Assembly (NCBI RefSeq): GCF_009834535.1
Contig: NC_045697.1
Coordinates: forward strand, 40,488,001 to 40,552,000
DNA: 64,000 nt
Source of the DNA: Camelus ferus
Taxonomy: Eukaryota
Direction: 5' to 3'
Part shown: piece by piece, positions 1-13,605 of the stretch
Numbering within the stretch: the first letter of the stretch is position 1
How the letters are laid out: the number at the start of each line of letters is the position of its first letter
Program-made: the position numbers and the translations under genes
The notes under the pieces: model-generated
What the model saw: only the letters and a program-made list of their open reading frames with translations
Databases searched by the model: none
What the model was told of the DNA's origin: nothing

Positions 1-228
1 TCCATCACTGTTACTGTCACTATGTGTTTTGCTGGGTCCAAGCTTATTTCCAGGTTCTGATTTCTGGCCAAGTCCTTGCGTGATGTCAACCTCTCCTTGG
101 GTCTTGACATTTCCTTTGCCCACAATCATTCCATTTTGGCCTTTACTCTCTTTGTCTTCATTGACTTTCCCAGTTTCTTTGGTAATATTGTTTCTGAGGC
201 CACTGCTGGGAACTTCAACTTCTGTTCC
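1..228 (-). CDS. DSPP: Dentin sialophosphoprotein exon 5, 5' part (continues beyond the window start towards the DPP domain)
   Basis: Acceptor ...ctttccgtag|GGA at 229/228. Open frame [76 protein letters not shown] resembles the DSP C-terminal/DGP segment just before the BMP1 cleavage site. Phase 0. Confidence 0.95.
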
Positions 229-706
229 CTACGGAAAGATGGAGAAAAGCATGATTAATTAGTGAATGTTATGCTGCAAAACTGCATTGGTCTGAGGAAG
301 ACTATCTGGGGAAAGTGACCAGAGAACAGGAGTTCAGCTTCCAGTGCTTCAGAAACATCTGTTTGTGAAAATGTGCCTTATTCAGTACTTGAAAGTACTC
401 TGGTGTTTATAGGTCATCCCAGTAGGATGTCTACCTAGTAGGAACTTTGGTAAACAGTTACATGGTGAATTAATTGTTTAGCATATGACTTTTAAAGAAT
501 TATAACCAAGTTTTCAGAGACATCTGCCTTTTAAAATTGTTCTGTATCAATTTCTAGTAAGGACCCCAGCTTTCCCCTCAAACATTCAAGTAATTTAGGT
601 GCAAAAATACATGAATGTTTGTCACGCTTTATTTTTGTGCTACTGTCAGTGGAAGGAGGGGGAGAATTTAAACTACCATTGAAAGAAATCAGCTTCACAA
701 ACTAAC

Positions 707-1699
707 CTTATCTTGGCTCTTCCCAATAGCAGGTGGCTCTAATTTTTCAGTGATTCCATTTTCCACAGCTTTGATTTCTTTGTGACTGGGTTTTTGAGTG
801 TCCTCTATTCTTTGACTACCATTGTCTTCTGGAATACGGTCAGACTCTTCCTCACTCTTGGAGGTGTTGTCTCCATCAACAGCATGGGAGTCTTTTTTGT
901 CCCCAGGGTCACCGTCTTCACTACTAACTGAATTTTGACCTAAGCTATTGTCATCATCATCTTCTTTTCCATGAGGCTGACCCTCCTGGCCCTTGCTGTT
1001 TTCTGTGCCCTTTCCTCCATTCCCTGTTTCCTCACCTTCATCATCACCAGAGCCCTTGTCTTCATCCTCATCTGCTCCATTCCCACTAGCACTTCCATCA
1101 GAATTATCCAGGCCAACATCTTCTCTATTGCCAATTCTACTTCCTCCTGGTGTAACCCCTGTTTCCTCATTCCCACTTCTCTCTCCTTCTCTCTGTGGTG
1201 TTACTGCACTTGATTCACCCCCATTTCTACAGAAATTCCCATTTATTTCATCCTCATGACCTGTACTGTTGTTGCTTCCAGCTGCTTGAGGTCCATCTTC
1301 TTGGACAACAGTGGCATCCTCACTCTGACTTGCATTTCCAACACCCCCATTTTCTGAATGCTTATCAACAATTCCATTAATATCGCTCCCATTTGCTGTG
1401 TCAGCACTGTCGATGATGCTTACTTGCCCCCTGATGCCATTTACGGTGGCGCTATCTTCTTGTCCATGTATCCCATCATGACCATATGTTTCTGGTTTTC
1501 CTGCGCCCCCTTTCAGACCCTCAGTGTTCCCCTCTTCATTTGCTACCGTAGATTGTGTAGAACTCTTTTCTACTTCTGCCCACTCAGAGCCATTCCCCTC
1601 TCCCTTGTAACCATCTTTGGTATATTGTTGCATTTCTCTTTCTTTTTCATACATGGGGACACCACTTTCTTTGGTGGTATCATTGGCATTTAACTCATC
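707..1699 (-). CDS. DSPP: DSPP exon 4 (dentin sialoprotein core, 331 codons)
   Basis: Acceptor ctcttttccag|GAT and donor AAG|gttagt. Reads [13 protein letters not shown]...GKSQDK, in frame with ORF 695..1654. Acidic, with a single Cys (NFCRN) and SG glycosaminoglycan-type motifs (SASGNG, GSGDD). Confidence 0.97.
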
Positions 1700-1824
1700 C
1701 TGGAAAAGAGAAGCAGTTCAAAATAAACTGCGGATATCATCTTAAAGTAAAGCAAACTGAAAAGATGAGCATTGATTTTTTGGAATCTAAAAACAGCTTA
1801 GAAACACATTTCTACATTCTATAC

Positions 1825-1911
1825 CTGTATTGGCACTTTCGGTTTTGCCAGAAGATTTAAATTCACATCTTTGTTCACAGCATGTCTTTCCAATGGCTTG
1901 ATCTGAGGAAC
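1825..1911 (-). CDS. DSPP: DSPP exon 3 (29 codons)
   Basis: ttggtag|GTT ... CAG|gtatag. Encodes VPQIKPLERHAVNKDVNLNLLAKPKVPIQ, phase 0, and completes the IP|V N-terminal tripeptide. Confidence 0.96.
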
Positions 1912-2916
1912 CTACCAAAGTGAAAATACTGGAATTGAAAACATTCTTATTTTGTCTACATGCACACACACACATGCATGCACTTTTCACTAAATGAAGG
2001 AAAAAAAGACATAACACAGAGGCCAAAGAATGATCTAATTGGGTAGAAAAGAAAAGTGGCTTGTCACAGGGCTTATATAGAATTTGAATTTGTCATACAG
2101 ATATTTTTCATAACAGTATTACCAATTTTACTGAAGTATTAACCAGACCACTTGTCTCAACTGTAGAAATGGAAGTCTTTTATAAAAATGAGGAGAGAGA
2201 CCTTTGGTGTTTCTGTACGTTAAGTTTCTTGCAATAGCACCAGACCCAAGTTAAGTGTAACCTTGGCCAAAACCCCTAAGAGAACAGTAGGCATGACCAG
2301 AGGCAGGGCAGAAGCCAAAGCAAGTCCGATGCTCCTTCTGTGCCCTTCAAGAGCACAATGGAAATAGCTGGGAAAACTCTCAACTACATAAATACCAACA
2401 TGTTTGGTATTATGAAAAAATATCCATATCATACTGTTAACCATAGAAACTGACTAATAGAATTGCAAATGGTTTAATTTTCCTAATTTTTCTTTGTTGG
2501 TGTTTATCTGTATATTCCAAATTTTCCACAGGGAGCATATGGAAAATAATTCTGTGAGTGAGACATTAGTTTCCCCTTTGTTGAAAAAAATGTGATTTTT
2601 TCCCTATTTTTCTTTCTTGAAAACTTCCTAAACAATACAGTCTTCATTGACATTAAAATGAAATTCATAGGGCATGAGCAAAGATGGACAAATCTCCATG
2701 ACATCTAAACATTAAATGTAAGTTAATCTAAATGAATTTTAAAATAATACTTCCAACAAGACAGGAGTTTCTGTGAGAAGAATGGGAACACGCATTGGAG
2801 TGCATATTTGGTTTTGTTGAGATCCCTAATATACCTTGTAAAGTCTTCCATGCAAATCTAAAAGTTTAGGCTTAGCTGATCTGTAAGGTCTCAAGGAAAT
2901 ACATGCTTTTTTCTAC

Positions 2917-3003
2917 TTTTTTTTTTGATGGAGGTACTGGGAATTGAACCCAGGACCTCGCGCATGATAAGCATGTGCTCCACCACTGAGCTATACCCTC
3001 CTC
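2917..3003 (-). mobile_element. tRNA-Ala-derived SINE (camelid vic-1-like) in DSPP intron 2
   Basis: Minus strand reads gagggtatagctcagtgg...gggttcaattcccagtacctccatc followed by an A tail; pol III A and B boxes present. Confidence 0.85.
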
Positions 3004-3071
3004 CTATATATATTTTAATGTTAGTTTAAAAGAGGCAGCAAAGTAAGATTTTTTGAGGAAAGTATACTTAC

Positions 3072-3122
3072 TGGAATGGCCCATGCTACCACCCAAATGC
3101 AAAAATATATAATTATCTTCAT
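3072..3122 (-). CDS. DSPP: DSPP exon 2 coding part (signal peptide + IP); the exon extends to 3147 as 5'UTR
   Basis: ATG at 3122, MKIIIYFCIWVVAWAIP, donor CCA|gtaagt, acceptor aaaaacag|ccactg at 3148/3147. Typical SIBLING exon-2 structure. Confidence 0.97.
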
Positions 3123-3614
3123 TTTCTTTAGGAATATTAATCAGTGGCTGTTTTTGAAGGGAAAAAAAAAGAATAGCACATAATTACTTGAAGAGCAAAA
3201 AATGATAACCATATAATGTATTATTTTGGTCTGTAAGCATTTGCCTTTTTCCTAGGCAAGGCGGATACATCCAACATGAGAAGAAGCTGCCAAGCCTCAG
3301 GGCTCCAGAACACACCTGGAGTGGTCACAGAGACATACAAGGACACCATCAAGCTCAGAACTGATGAAGCTACCTAGACTTTTTCTGCCTTTGCCAATGA
3401 AGGGGTACAGCCATGCAGTTACAAAAGCCATAACTATAACTTTCTCCTTCTGCTCTTCTTGATGGCAATAACATGTCTTCTGAATAGTTGTAATCAAACA
3501 TTAACTAATCCTGCTATGGTTGTGCTTAAAAGATAAAGCACTTATCATCCCCACCCCAAAGCCATACAATTGGGCTGTACTCGGTGGCAAGGGAGAGAAA
3601 TTACAAGCATGAAG

Positions 3615-3790
3615 GAGTCCAGGCTAGTGGAAAGAATGTGGAGTTGGGATTCAGAGACCTGAGTTCAAATGCTACCTTTGCTACTTGACGTGTGAGCTTG
3701 GGGAATTTAAGTAGCTTGTTTAAGCATTTCATTCCTCGGTCGAGGATAATAATGATACCTGCACTTCAGGATTATCCTGATTATCAGCAG
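3615..3790 (+). mobile_element. MIR SINE relic
   Basis: gacctgagttcaaat...tgtgagcttgggg...aatgatacctgcacttcagg matches the MIR core. Confidence 0.65.
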
Positions 3791-5350
3791 CAGAATTTTC
3801 TCTGAGAACATTCTTTGACTCTATGTCAAAGGGCATTTGGTGTCTCTCCCTCTTTACACCCTGCAGCTTCTGCACGCCTCACTGGGAGCAGCACAGTGTT
3901 CTCACTGTTTTAAAATAGCCTGGCTACTTATGTTTCCCTGCCCTACTGAGAGCTCCTGAGGTCCAGGTGAGTGTCTTGGTGATCACTGAATTCCAAAATG
4001 TGGCACAGGAAAAGGGCATTTTGTGAATAAATACTTATTAGTATAAGCAACGCGTAGCACTGTTCCGTGCATTTAGCAATCTCTTAATAAATGATAGCAA
4101 TTATTATGTGGGACTTCTAAAAACATGACCCTTCATTCCTATTAGAATTCACATTCAGAAATGGTCTAATACATATTTTCAGTACAGTGGGATAGACAGT
4201 GCATTCATGAGAATCAAAATTTTAAATTGCTGTTTACTGAAAATTGGATTTCTTGATGTTATGATGCTATCACTATAGAAAGAAAGGAAGGATTTTACTT
4301 CCATTTCATGCATTCCCACTGGGCTTATAGATTAAAATACTGTATGTCATTAGATAGCCTTGATTGAATTTAATGTTGATAGTGGAAACATAATAAAACC
4401 TCAGTGAACATCAACTGACTTAGAAGTATTGGCATTTCCTCTCAGAGCTACTGAGTTGGGGGAAAAAAATTGTGCTTACTCTTAACAGCCCTTCAGCAGC
4501 AAGCCAGGAATAGCTAGACTTCCTTTAAAAATGCTATAGTTTAAAAACGAGGCTGAGGAGGCCTCAGGACAATACAATCAGAGTTTGGGGCATAAATGTT
4601 GAAGAGCAGCTGTTTAGGAAGCCCAGGTTATACTGTATTTTGCGGTCCCAAACCTAATTATTACATAGACTCTGCAGAGGCCAGTCCACACTGTGATTTG
4701 GAGGGAACATGGTATCCTGGAAAGGTACCTAGAGTGCAGGCCAGGGTTATACGCATCCCATTTCTAAGCTGCAATCCTGCAATCTGACCACGATAGCCCT
4801 CCTTCAGATCAACTCCAGAACGACTGCACGATGCACGACGCTGCTTGCCACTGCATCCTCAGGTAGGGAAATGGCTTGAAAAACTATTATCGAAATGGCT
4901 GTATTGTCAGCCTGAAAGCAGAGGCTTCAGAATTGTGTGAACCCCCTTCATATTGTTTCATGTATTGTCACAAACAAAATGAGATTTTACTTAGTTACTG
5001 GAACAAGTTAATAAAATCTTAAAAGGCAAAGCTTAACTAAAGCTCTGATTCGAAGCCCAATGTAGATATTTTAAATCTGAGTTATCCAATTTTTTATCAA
5101 AGCAATCAGATACTTATCAGGTTCCCACCTCAGTTTGCCAATTGTTTAGTAACATGTCTTTTATTTTCCAAACCTGTTATTATATCATGAAACAGAAAAG
5201 GTGTGTGACAGAAGTCAGAATCTCCATATACTCTCAGTAGAAGTGTTTTAATCTAGTTTTAAAACTCCAATGTCAATTGGCAAAAATAATACAAAATTTT
5301 TAGGCCAAAGGTAGATTTTTCAGGGACCAAAAAATTAAATGTAGACTGAG

Positions 5351-5470
5351 ATTCATTCATTCATTCATTCAACAGACATTTGAAGGCCTAATGTGGGCCA
5401 CATGCATGGAAATAGATATGAGCCCTACCCTCATGGAGCTTATCACTAAGTGGATTAGCCAGACCTTGAA
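5351..5470 (-). mobile_element. L2 3' end relic
   Basis: (attc)n-aacagacatttg ... ccctaccctcatggagctta, typical reverse-strand L2 tail. Confidence 0.65.
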
Positions 5471-6063
5471 ATAAATATAACATAATGTGTTAAATCAAAT
5501 TCCCAAATCCATGTTTATTTATTAATAGAGTCAGGGGTTAAATGTTACTATTTGAAAGAGAAAGAGATTATCTCCTTTTTTATTAAATCTCATCACATTT
5601 TACATCGTGTGGTGAGCTTAAAAAAATGGCTTTAACTAGATTAAACATCCTTAAAGATGGTTTTTCTGGATTAAAAAATAACAGTAATGGAGCTTTAGTG
5701 AATTATATATCAGATAATCTAATCATACATTCTGTTGTTAATATTTTATATATAAAATATGTGCTTCACCTTACACATACTTTTTCTGACTATTAGCAAC
5801 TGATATTTTAAAATACTGGGTGTGAAAAAAATTATATTCTTCAGTGATCCAATATTTTCCTAGATGGAATTAGCATACTTTACCATATAAACTTCCATTA
5901 TCTTTTAATACATAGTCTTGATTTGACAAGTCAAAAGGGAAAGGGAAAAGTCTAATCATAAGGGTTATTGGTTTCTTAAAATCAAGTCGGCTACTTCTCT
6001 GAAATTCAGATTTCTTTCTAAAGGAATCAGTTGGTTCTGAGTAAAGAGGATGTTCCATCTTAC

Positions 6064-6140
6064 CTTAAAAGCCTTCAAAGGGACTTTGAAAATCCAGGAT
6101 TTCTTACCTTTCTCTTTGAAGACTGAGAGTGGCACACTGC
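6064..6140 (-). other. DSPP: DSPP non-coding exon 1 (TSS approximate; two candidate donors at 6108/6107 and 6064/6063)
   Basis: Follows TATAAAA. Sequence cagtcttcaaagagaaag...ttttaag|gtaaga resembles the human DSPP 5'UTR as I recall it. Confidence 0.8.
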
Positions 6141-6215
6141 CCCGGACTTTTGCATGACAATTTTATACCTGCCGAAATTTAAAGTCAGTTTGATAATTTT
6201 CTCAACCAATCACTG
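6141..6215 (-). promoter_or_regulatory. DSPP: DSPP proximal promoter: TATA box (6161-6167) and inverted CCAAT (NF-Y-type) box (6206-6210)
   Basis: TATAAAA on the minus strand at 6167-6161; CCAAT on the + strand ~40 nt upstream. Confidence 0.8.
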
Positions 6216-7429
6216 TTTAGGATCCCTGATATGGGGTTATAAAGTGTCACCGTGTCTATGAAGCACATAATAAAGTCCCCCACTTCCTTCACTTGCTGAT
6301 ACGTATTTGCTCACTAAAACATTCAGTTCCAAAGGGACTAGGCTTACTTTCACTTAATTAAATAGCTCCTGGGAAGCTGTTCTGCATCTTAAATATAGAT
6401 AATCAGTGTAACATATCTGAAAAGAGCCACTTAAACTCTGTCACCCTGACATTTCTTGTCTTACTAAGGTTGGCAATCTAAGAAAACTCTAGGTTTCTTT
6501 TGTAAATATACTGCCTATTTAAGACCCCTATCATTCCTGAGGTAGGTATTAACATTCCTGTGCTATAATTCAAGAAACTGTCCACATGCAACAGCCCTGG
6601 CATGCCTGAGGAGGCTTTAACAATCTATAAACAGTAACTCCCATGAAATCTCTCTGACTTAAATAAACAGCGATATGAAGTTTAAAATGTACCAATTTAG
6701 TATTCAAACTGAATTTTAAAAATAGATATTCAAGATACCAAAACTTATTGTAAGGCAGCTAGATGTGCAAAAAGTGCATACAGGCAGGAGGTCTAGCTGT
6801 GAATTATCTCTCAGTTATCTGTGCTGGCTATGGAGGACCACATAGAAAACCAGACGATAATTCTAGCAGAAGTTTGGGTACCTGAACTCACCTTTCTCTT
6901 GAACCCCAGACACATGCTACAATGCAGGTAATCCCTAAACCCGTTCCCCAATGTGTGAGTTCAAAACCTCAACAGTCTGTGTCTCTCCACGCACTTGTTC
7001 AGAATTTTCAGAAATATCCCAAATTCTTAAACCTTGTAATATCAACAGATGTGAACCAAGTAAGTTGCTAAGACTACAACAGTGGTCACTCCAGGATTAT
7101 GTGTAGGACATTTACAGGGAAAGCAGGAAGGTTGAAAAGAAGTGGAAGAATGGAAAGAGGATTTGCCTTGAGGCTGTGTTTTCATAGCAAGCACTGTGTC
7201 TTTATTTAAACAGCATGTTTACATGGGTGGCTCTAAGGGCCTAACCAAATTTTAAGGAGTCTTAAGTCACTTCTGGAAGCAACACAACGCCCTCAGTCAC
7301 ACCTAGGTACTAGTAGAGGTTGGTGAACTGGTCCTGCCTTCCTTTTCCTTGGATTTGAATTAATGTGAATATTCTTATCTTTTGTTAACTTTCCCAGGTT
7401 TCAGCAAATGTTTGTGAGTCACATCCTCA

Positions 7430-8170
7430 GCTATTTTTCTAGATCATTCTCTCTTGACAGTGAATCTCTTAATTTTAGCTTCTTTCACCATTTGGATAGA
7501 CAGGGGCCTTTCAATATCATCAGATCCTGGTTCCTTTTTCTTTCACAATTTTTCTCTCAATGTATGTCTCCTCTTGCATTTTATTATAAGCAGCAAGAAG
7601 AAGCCAGGCAGCATCTTCAATACTTTGCTCAAAAATCTCCTTAGCTATATATCCAAGTTCATGGTTTACAAATTCTGCTTTGATCATAACCGAGGGACAT
7701 AATTCTGCTAAGCTTTCTGCACAAGTATAACAAGATCCTTGTTCCTCCAAAATGCCCTTTTCACTTCCTTCTGAGACCTTATAAGCAGCGTCCTTAACAT
7801 CTATATTTCTACTAACAGTTTTCCAGCCTCTACCCACTGTCTGATTCCAGAGGCATTCCCACATTTTAAGAATTTCTTGTATTAGTACTCCATTTTCATG
7901 TACGAAAATCTGTATTAGTTTTCTATTGCTACCTAACAAGTTGCCAAGTGTACTTTTGCTTTTAGAGGCCTCATTTAGCTCGGTTAGCCTCAATCAAATA
8001 ATCTGTTTATCTTAAAGTCAACTGATTAGCAAACTTCATTACATCTGACAAATCTCTTTGGCCACAGAACAGGACATAATTATGAAAATGATACTTCATC
8101 ATATTCACACGTTCTCACTACACTCAAAGGGGAGAGGATTATACAAAGTCATCTTAAAATTCTGCCTACA
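7430..8170 (-). mobile_element. MaLR (MLT1) internal fragment plus partial LTR
   Basis: Minus-strand ORF 7520..7993 (AESLAELCP...AAWLLLAAYNKM) resembles the MLT-int ORF. LTR terminus tgtattagttttctattgct at ~7910. Confidence 0.75.
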
Positions 8171-8179
8171 CCTACTTTA

Positions 8180-8420
8180 AGCTACAATGAAAGAAAATAG
8201 ATCAATAGCTTCATGGGCTGGGGGTGAGGGGGTGGAAGGGAGGGTAGAAGAAAGGGATTTTAAAGGGTCATGAGGAAATTCTGATGGATACTTTCCATTG
8301 TCTTAATTGTGGGATTGTTTCATAGGTGTGTACCTATGTCAAAACATCAAATTGTACACTTTGAATATGTACAGTGCATTGTGTGTCGATTACACCTCAA
8401 TGAAGCTGCTAGGGGAAAAA
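8180..8420 (+). mobile_element. Old L1M 3' end
   Basis: gtcaaaacatcaaattgtacactttgaatatgt...cacctcaatgaagctg is a typical L1MB/MC terminus. Confidence 0.7.
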
Positions 8421-9284
8421 GGTAATTAATCTATTTCTAATCCTGTAAATTGAGAAGTTAAAACTATGGTTTCAATAAGATCTCATCAAAGAGAAACATA
8501 AACTTTAATTTACTGTGAAAACCAAACAATTAATTAAAATTTAACATCAACTCAGTAACTAAACAAGTTACCTATAAACCCTTAATCAGGATTGTTATTC
8601 TGTTCCTAAGGAAAGAATGGAATCAAAGTCTTAATCTAGAGGCTACTCTATTACCATGACTTTGCACTGTCTTCCTGTTTTCTTAATTTGGATAAACAGT
8701 AGCTGAACCAAATGTCAAAATTAAGGCAAGAATAGTAGTACAGACACAGAGAGGATATTTTAACTCAAATTATTTTAAGTTGTGTAATCAAACTAGTTCA
8801 CAAACCAAAACTAGGCACTTGAGTATGTGTTCTCTGTATGAGCAGTAGTACAACATCCCTGCTGGGCTTCTTTGGTGGAAGTTTAAATGGCAAAAACCTT
8901 AAATTCAATTGCACTGTATTGAATTAACACCAGTGCAATTAAGAAAACAGTTACAATATTAATTGCTTTTAGAAATAACCATTGTCCTTTAAAAAGTGGT
9001 AACCATTTCTTATAGATTCCATATTCCATTTGCACCAAGGCTCAGGATGGCATAATGTTTCCTGAAATATCTTAAAGACGTTTTAACTGAATCTCAAGTA
9101 ACAGACATGGCTTGGCTGTTGGTCAGTCTTAGCTTCCACTCTCTTATTATGATGCAGAACACAACAACTGCTAGACCACATAATCTTTTCTTCTTCTGAA
9201 AAAAACTAATAACTTCAATTGTTCTTCTTTCATAGGCACATATTTTGTTTTCTCCAGACCTCTGTCCCAGATATTAAGAGCTAG

Positions 9285-9720
9285 TAGAGAGTAATGTTTA
9301 AGATCTGAAGACTTGAAGTCAGTTTTATCTGGGTTGAACCCCTGCCTTTTCCTGTGTGACCCTGGAAAGCTAACCTAATCTCTCTAAGATTAAGTTTCTT
9401 CACCCGTAAAATTATGTTAAAATAATAGCTAACACTTATCAAGCACTTATAACAGGACATACCCTACACATGACAATCTAAGCCCACTATTTCATGGAGT
9501 CCTTAAAATGATTACACATGATAACACTGTTTTATCTTCAGAGGGATGAAGAAAGTGGGTCCTGCATTGGCACAACAAATCACTGATAGAACCCAGACTT
9601 GAACCCCAAAATTCTAACTTCAGAACCTGGCTCTTAGCCACTGCACTAAATTAATTGCCTACTTCATAATGACACAGTGGAAGTAATGTATGGAAAACTG
9701 CTCAATGCCCAGCATACACA
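9285..9720. mobile_element. MIR fragments, both orientations
   Basis: tgtgtgaccctggaaag...tttcttcacccgtaaaat and cccagacttgaacccc motifs. Confidence 0.6.
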
Positions 9721-10444
9721 TGACTCCTCATAGGGAAGACATTGTGAATTTCATGATCTTTTGACAAGTTTGGGTCTTTCCTTTGCTCATCACTGTCCAA
9801 ACTCTCCTAGGATTACTGGCAAAGCGATGCCTTTTGAGTAAGACCCCAAAACTTTGACAGTTATTTTACGTAATTCTATAAGCAAATTACCAATCTTCAG
9901 TAAAACAAAAATATCATGGCTGGCATTCTTTTTCTTTTCCTGAGTGCTGAGCACCCTAACAGACAAGCCTGGTTCCAATATCTGGGCCCTGCTCCTGAAT
10001 CTCCCACCCAGATGCCAGTGATCTTTCTAAAATGCAAATCCAATCATGTCACTACTTTGAGTCAAACTTTTCAGTGGCTCTTTAATTTGACTTGAGACTT
10101 CTCAAACTACCCAGCTTCACCTTGGGCCACTCCTTTTTGAGACCCTGGAAGATTATAGAGAAGCAGGGCCACAGATGTAGTTGGGATGGGGTTGTGAGAG
10201 GCCTGAATATACAGGATATGTCTTGTATTTAAATAACTTTTCCTGCTTCCTGGTTGGACTTTGTCAAGATTATCCAAGTGTCTTATATTCAGCTCTTCTC
10301 AATAATTACAAAAGATTGGCAACTTCCACTATTTCTCCACTACAGTAATTGGTGCTTAAATCTCCTAAATGGTAACACTAGCTGAAAAATCATTCCTCCA
10401 CAAATAAAGATCTGTACTATCTGACATGCTCTCCCCTGCAGGTT

Positions 10445-10951
10445 TGACTGAAGAAAGACCAGAACAGGGGGCTTAGAATTAAAATACATATTTTTCATAC
10501 ATAAGGAAAAAAGGACTGTTCTTTGGCCAAAGTCTCAAGTCATGAACTAGCAATCACCATTAATTAGTTATGGATCAGTGCTCATGCTCTGAAAATCAGC
10601 CAAAAAGCAACAGCCGCACTCCAGTAAACTATGCTTCTGAAAGTTGGCAAATCAATGGCATCCCAAGCTTCCAAAAGTCGGCCGATCAGTGACAACTCCA
10701 CATTTCTAGACAACAGCCAACCAGTAAGTGCCTCGTTCCAGTGACCACACTAGTCCAACTGCACGTCCACCAATCATGGACCTCTCTCACTTCTGAAAGT
10801 CCACCAATCCATCAAAGCCAGGCTTCCGAAAACACTAATTCAGTAACACTGTGCTTTATGAGTACAGCTCTTCCTTGTAAGCAAAGAAGTTCACTTTTTT
10901 TACATCAGATATTAAGTTCTGTTTGTTGTCAGTTTTGCAACTTTTTCAACA
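10445..10951 (+). mobile_element. Probable ancient solo LTR (ERV1-like)
   Basis: Repeated ttctgaaagt..ccaatc units, ends ...ttcaaca; family not identified. Confidence 0.45.
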
Positions 10952-11415
10952 GTTCAACCCCTGCTGATAGTTATGAGTTCTGACTTGTGAATGACACACT
11001 ATCATGACTGTGACATTATCAAATTCAGTCTTTTCATTTCTTGCTGTGTTTTCCATTTAAGTGGTGTATTTTGAAACCCAAAATGCCAAAACGTAACTGT
11101 AAATTCTGTGATAAATTTTCTGATCACAATTTATTAAATGAGGAAGAAGTCCTTTGGAAACTCTGTGCCATTCCCAATTGTTAACTTAATATTAAAAATG
11201 GCAGAAAGGCAGTGATAAACCAGTATGAAATAATAACTAAACATAAGAGATATGTAATTTCATCAACTACTGCCAAATATGTGAAAAAATAGTAAATTTT
11301 TGTAAGACATTCAGATGAAGAAGATAAAATAATCACAGCACAAGTTGTAATGGCTTTCCACAGTAGATTTCATCAGCCCTCAGTTCAAATAACTGTTAGA
11401 ATATGCTGCTACCAA

Positions 11416-13568
11416 GAGGAAGGAACACTTCCAAATCCATTCTATGAGGCTACCATCACCCTGATACCAAAACCAGACAAAGATACCACAAAAAGAGAAA
11501 ATTACAGGCCAATATCACTTATGAATATAGATGTAAAAATCCTTTAAAAAATACTAGCAAATCCACTACAAGAATACATTCAAAATATCATACATCGTGA
11601 TCAAGTGGGATTTATCTCAGGGATGCAAGAATTTTTTAATATCTGCAAATCTATCAATGTGATATACCACATTAACAAGCTGAAGAATGAAAACTATATG
11701 ATTATCTCAATAGATGCAAAAGAAGCTTTTGATAAAGTTCAACTTTCATTTATGATAAAAACTCTTCAGAAAGTGGGCACAGAGGGAACATACTTCAATG
11801 TAATAAAGGCTGTATATGACAAACCCATAGCTAACATTAATCTCAATGGTGAAAAGCTGAAAGCATTTCCTCTAAGATCAGGAACTAGGCAAAGATGTCC
11901 ACTCATCACATTTATTCAACATAGTTTTGGAAGTCCTAGCCACAGTAATCAGAGAAGGAAAGAAATAAAAGTAATCCAAATTTGAAATGAAGAAGTAAAA
12001 CTGTCACCGTTTGCAGATGACATGGTATTCTATGTAGAAAATCCTAAAGAGGCCGTCAGAAAACTACTAGAGTTCATCAATGAATTCAGCGAAGTTTCAG
12101 GATACAAAATTAACATACAGAAATCAGTTGCATTCCTATACACTAACAATGAAATAGCAGAAAAAGAAATTAAGGAAACAATGCCATTTACCATCACATC
12201 AAAAAAGAATGAAATACTTAGGAATAAACCTACCTAAAGAGGCAAAGTACCTATACTCCAAAAACTATAAGACACTGATAAAAGAAGTTGAAGATGAAAC
12301 AAACAGATGAAAAGATATACCATGCTCTTGGATCAGAATGCTGAATATTGTTAAAATAGCCATACTACCCAAGGCAATATACAGACTCAATGCAAGCCCT
12401 ATCAAATTGCCAATGACATTTTTCATAGGACTGGAGCAAAAAATTTTTTAATTTGTATAGAAACAAAAAAGACCCCAAATAGCCCAAACAATTTTGAGAA
12501 AGAAGAATGGAGCTGGAAGAATCATGCTCCCTGACTTCATACTATTCTACAAAGTTACAGTAATGAAAACAGTATGGTACTGGCACAAAAGGAGACACAT
12601 AGATCAATGGAACAGGATAGAAAGTCCAGAAATAAACCTACATGCTTACAGTGAACTAATCTATGACAAAAGAGGCAAGAATATACAATGGAAAAAAGAC
12701 AGTCTCTTTAATAAGTGGTGCTGGGAAAACTGGACAGCTACACATAGAAGAATGAAATTAGAACATTTTCTAATACCATATACAAAAATAAACTCAAAAT
12801 GGATTAAAGACCTAAATGTAAGACCAGATACGCTTAAACTCCTAGAGGAAAACATAGGCATAACATACTTTGACAAAAATTTCAGCAATATATTTTTTTG
12901 AACCAGCTCCTAGAGTAATGGAAATAAAAGCAAAAATAAACAAATGGGGTCTAGTTAAACTTAAAAGTTTTGCACAGCAAAGGAAATCATAAATGAAATG
13001 AAAAGACAACCTACAGAATGGGAGAAAATATTTGCAAATGACACAACGAACAAGGAATTAATTTCTAAAATGTATAAACAGCTCATACAGCCTGATACCA
13101 GAAAAACAAAGAATATAATAAAAAAAAAATGTGGGCAGAAGACCTAAATCGACATTTCTCCAGAGCAGACATACAGATGGCCAACAGGCACATGAAAAGA
13201 TGCTCAATGTCACAATTATTAGAGAAACGCAAATCAAAACTACGATGACATATCTATTGCCTCACACAGGTCATAAGGGCCATCATTTAAAAGTCTACAA
13301 ATACTAAATGCTGGAGAGAGTGTGGAGAGAAAGGAACTCTCCTACATTGTTGGTGGGAATGTAAATTGGTGCAGCCACTATGAAGGACAGTATAAAGATT
13401 CCCTAGAAAATTAATAATAGACTTACCCTATGATCCATCAATCCTACTGCTGGGCATATATCCAGAGAAAACTATAATTTAAAAAGACACATGCACCCCA
13501 ATGCTCATAGCAGCACTATTTACAATAGCCAAGACATGGAAACAACCTAAATGTCCATCAACAGATGT

Positions 13569-13605
<37 letters not shown>

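Noticed and set aside
695..1654. 319-aa ORF as a stand-alone single-exon gene
   Set aside because: It is DSPP exon 4. The real boundaries are splice sites at 1699 and 707, and the final VSL* is intronic.
2917..3003. tRNA-Ala-like sequence as a tRNA gene
   Set aside because: It has an A tail, a degenerate anticodon arm and a second similar copy with a TSD at 50579, so it is a SINE.
4780..4860. Small CpG cluster (tgcacga repeats) in DSPP intron 1 as a regulatory element
   Set aside because: Too short, and it does not match a motif I can name with confidence.
7520..7993. 157-aa minus-strand ORF as a novel gene
   Set aside because: It is a residual MaLR internal ORF next to an MLT1 LTR.
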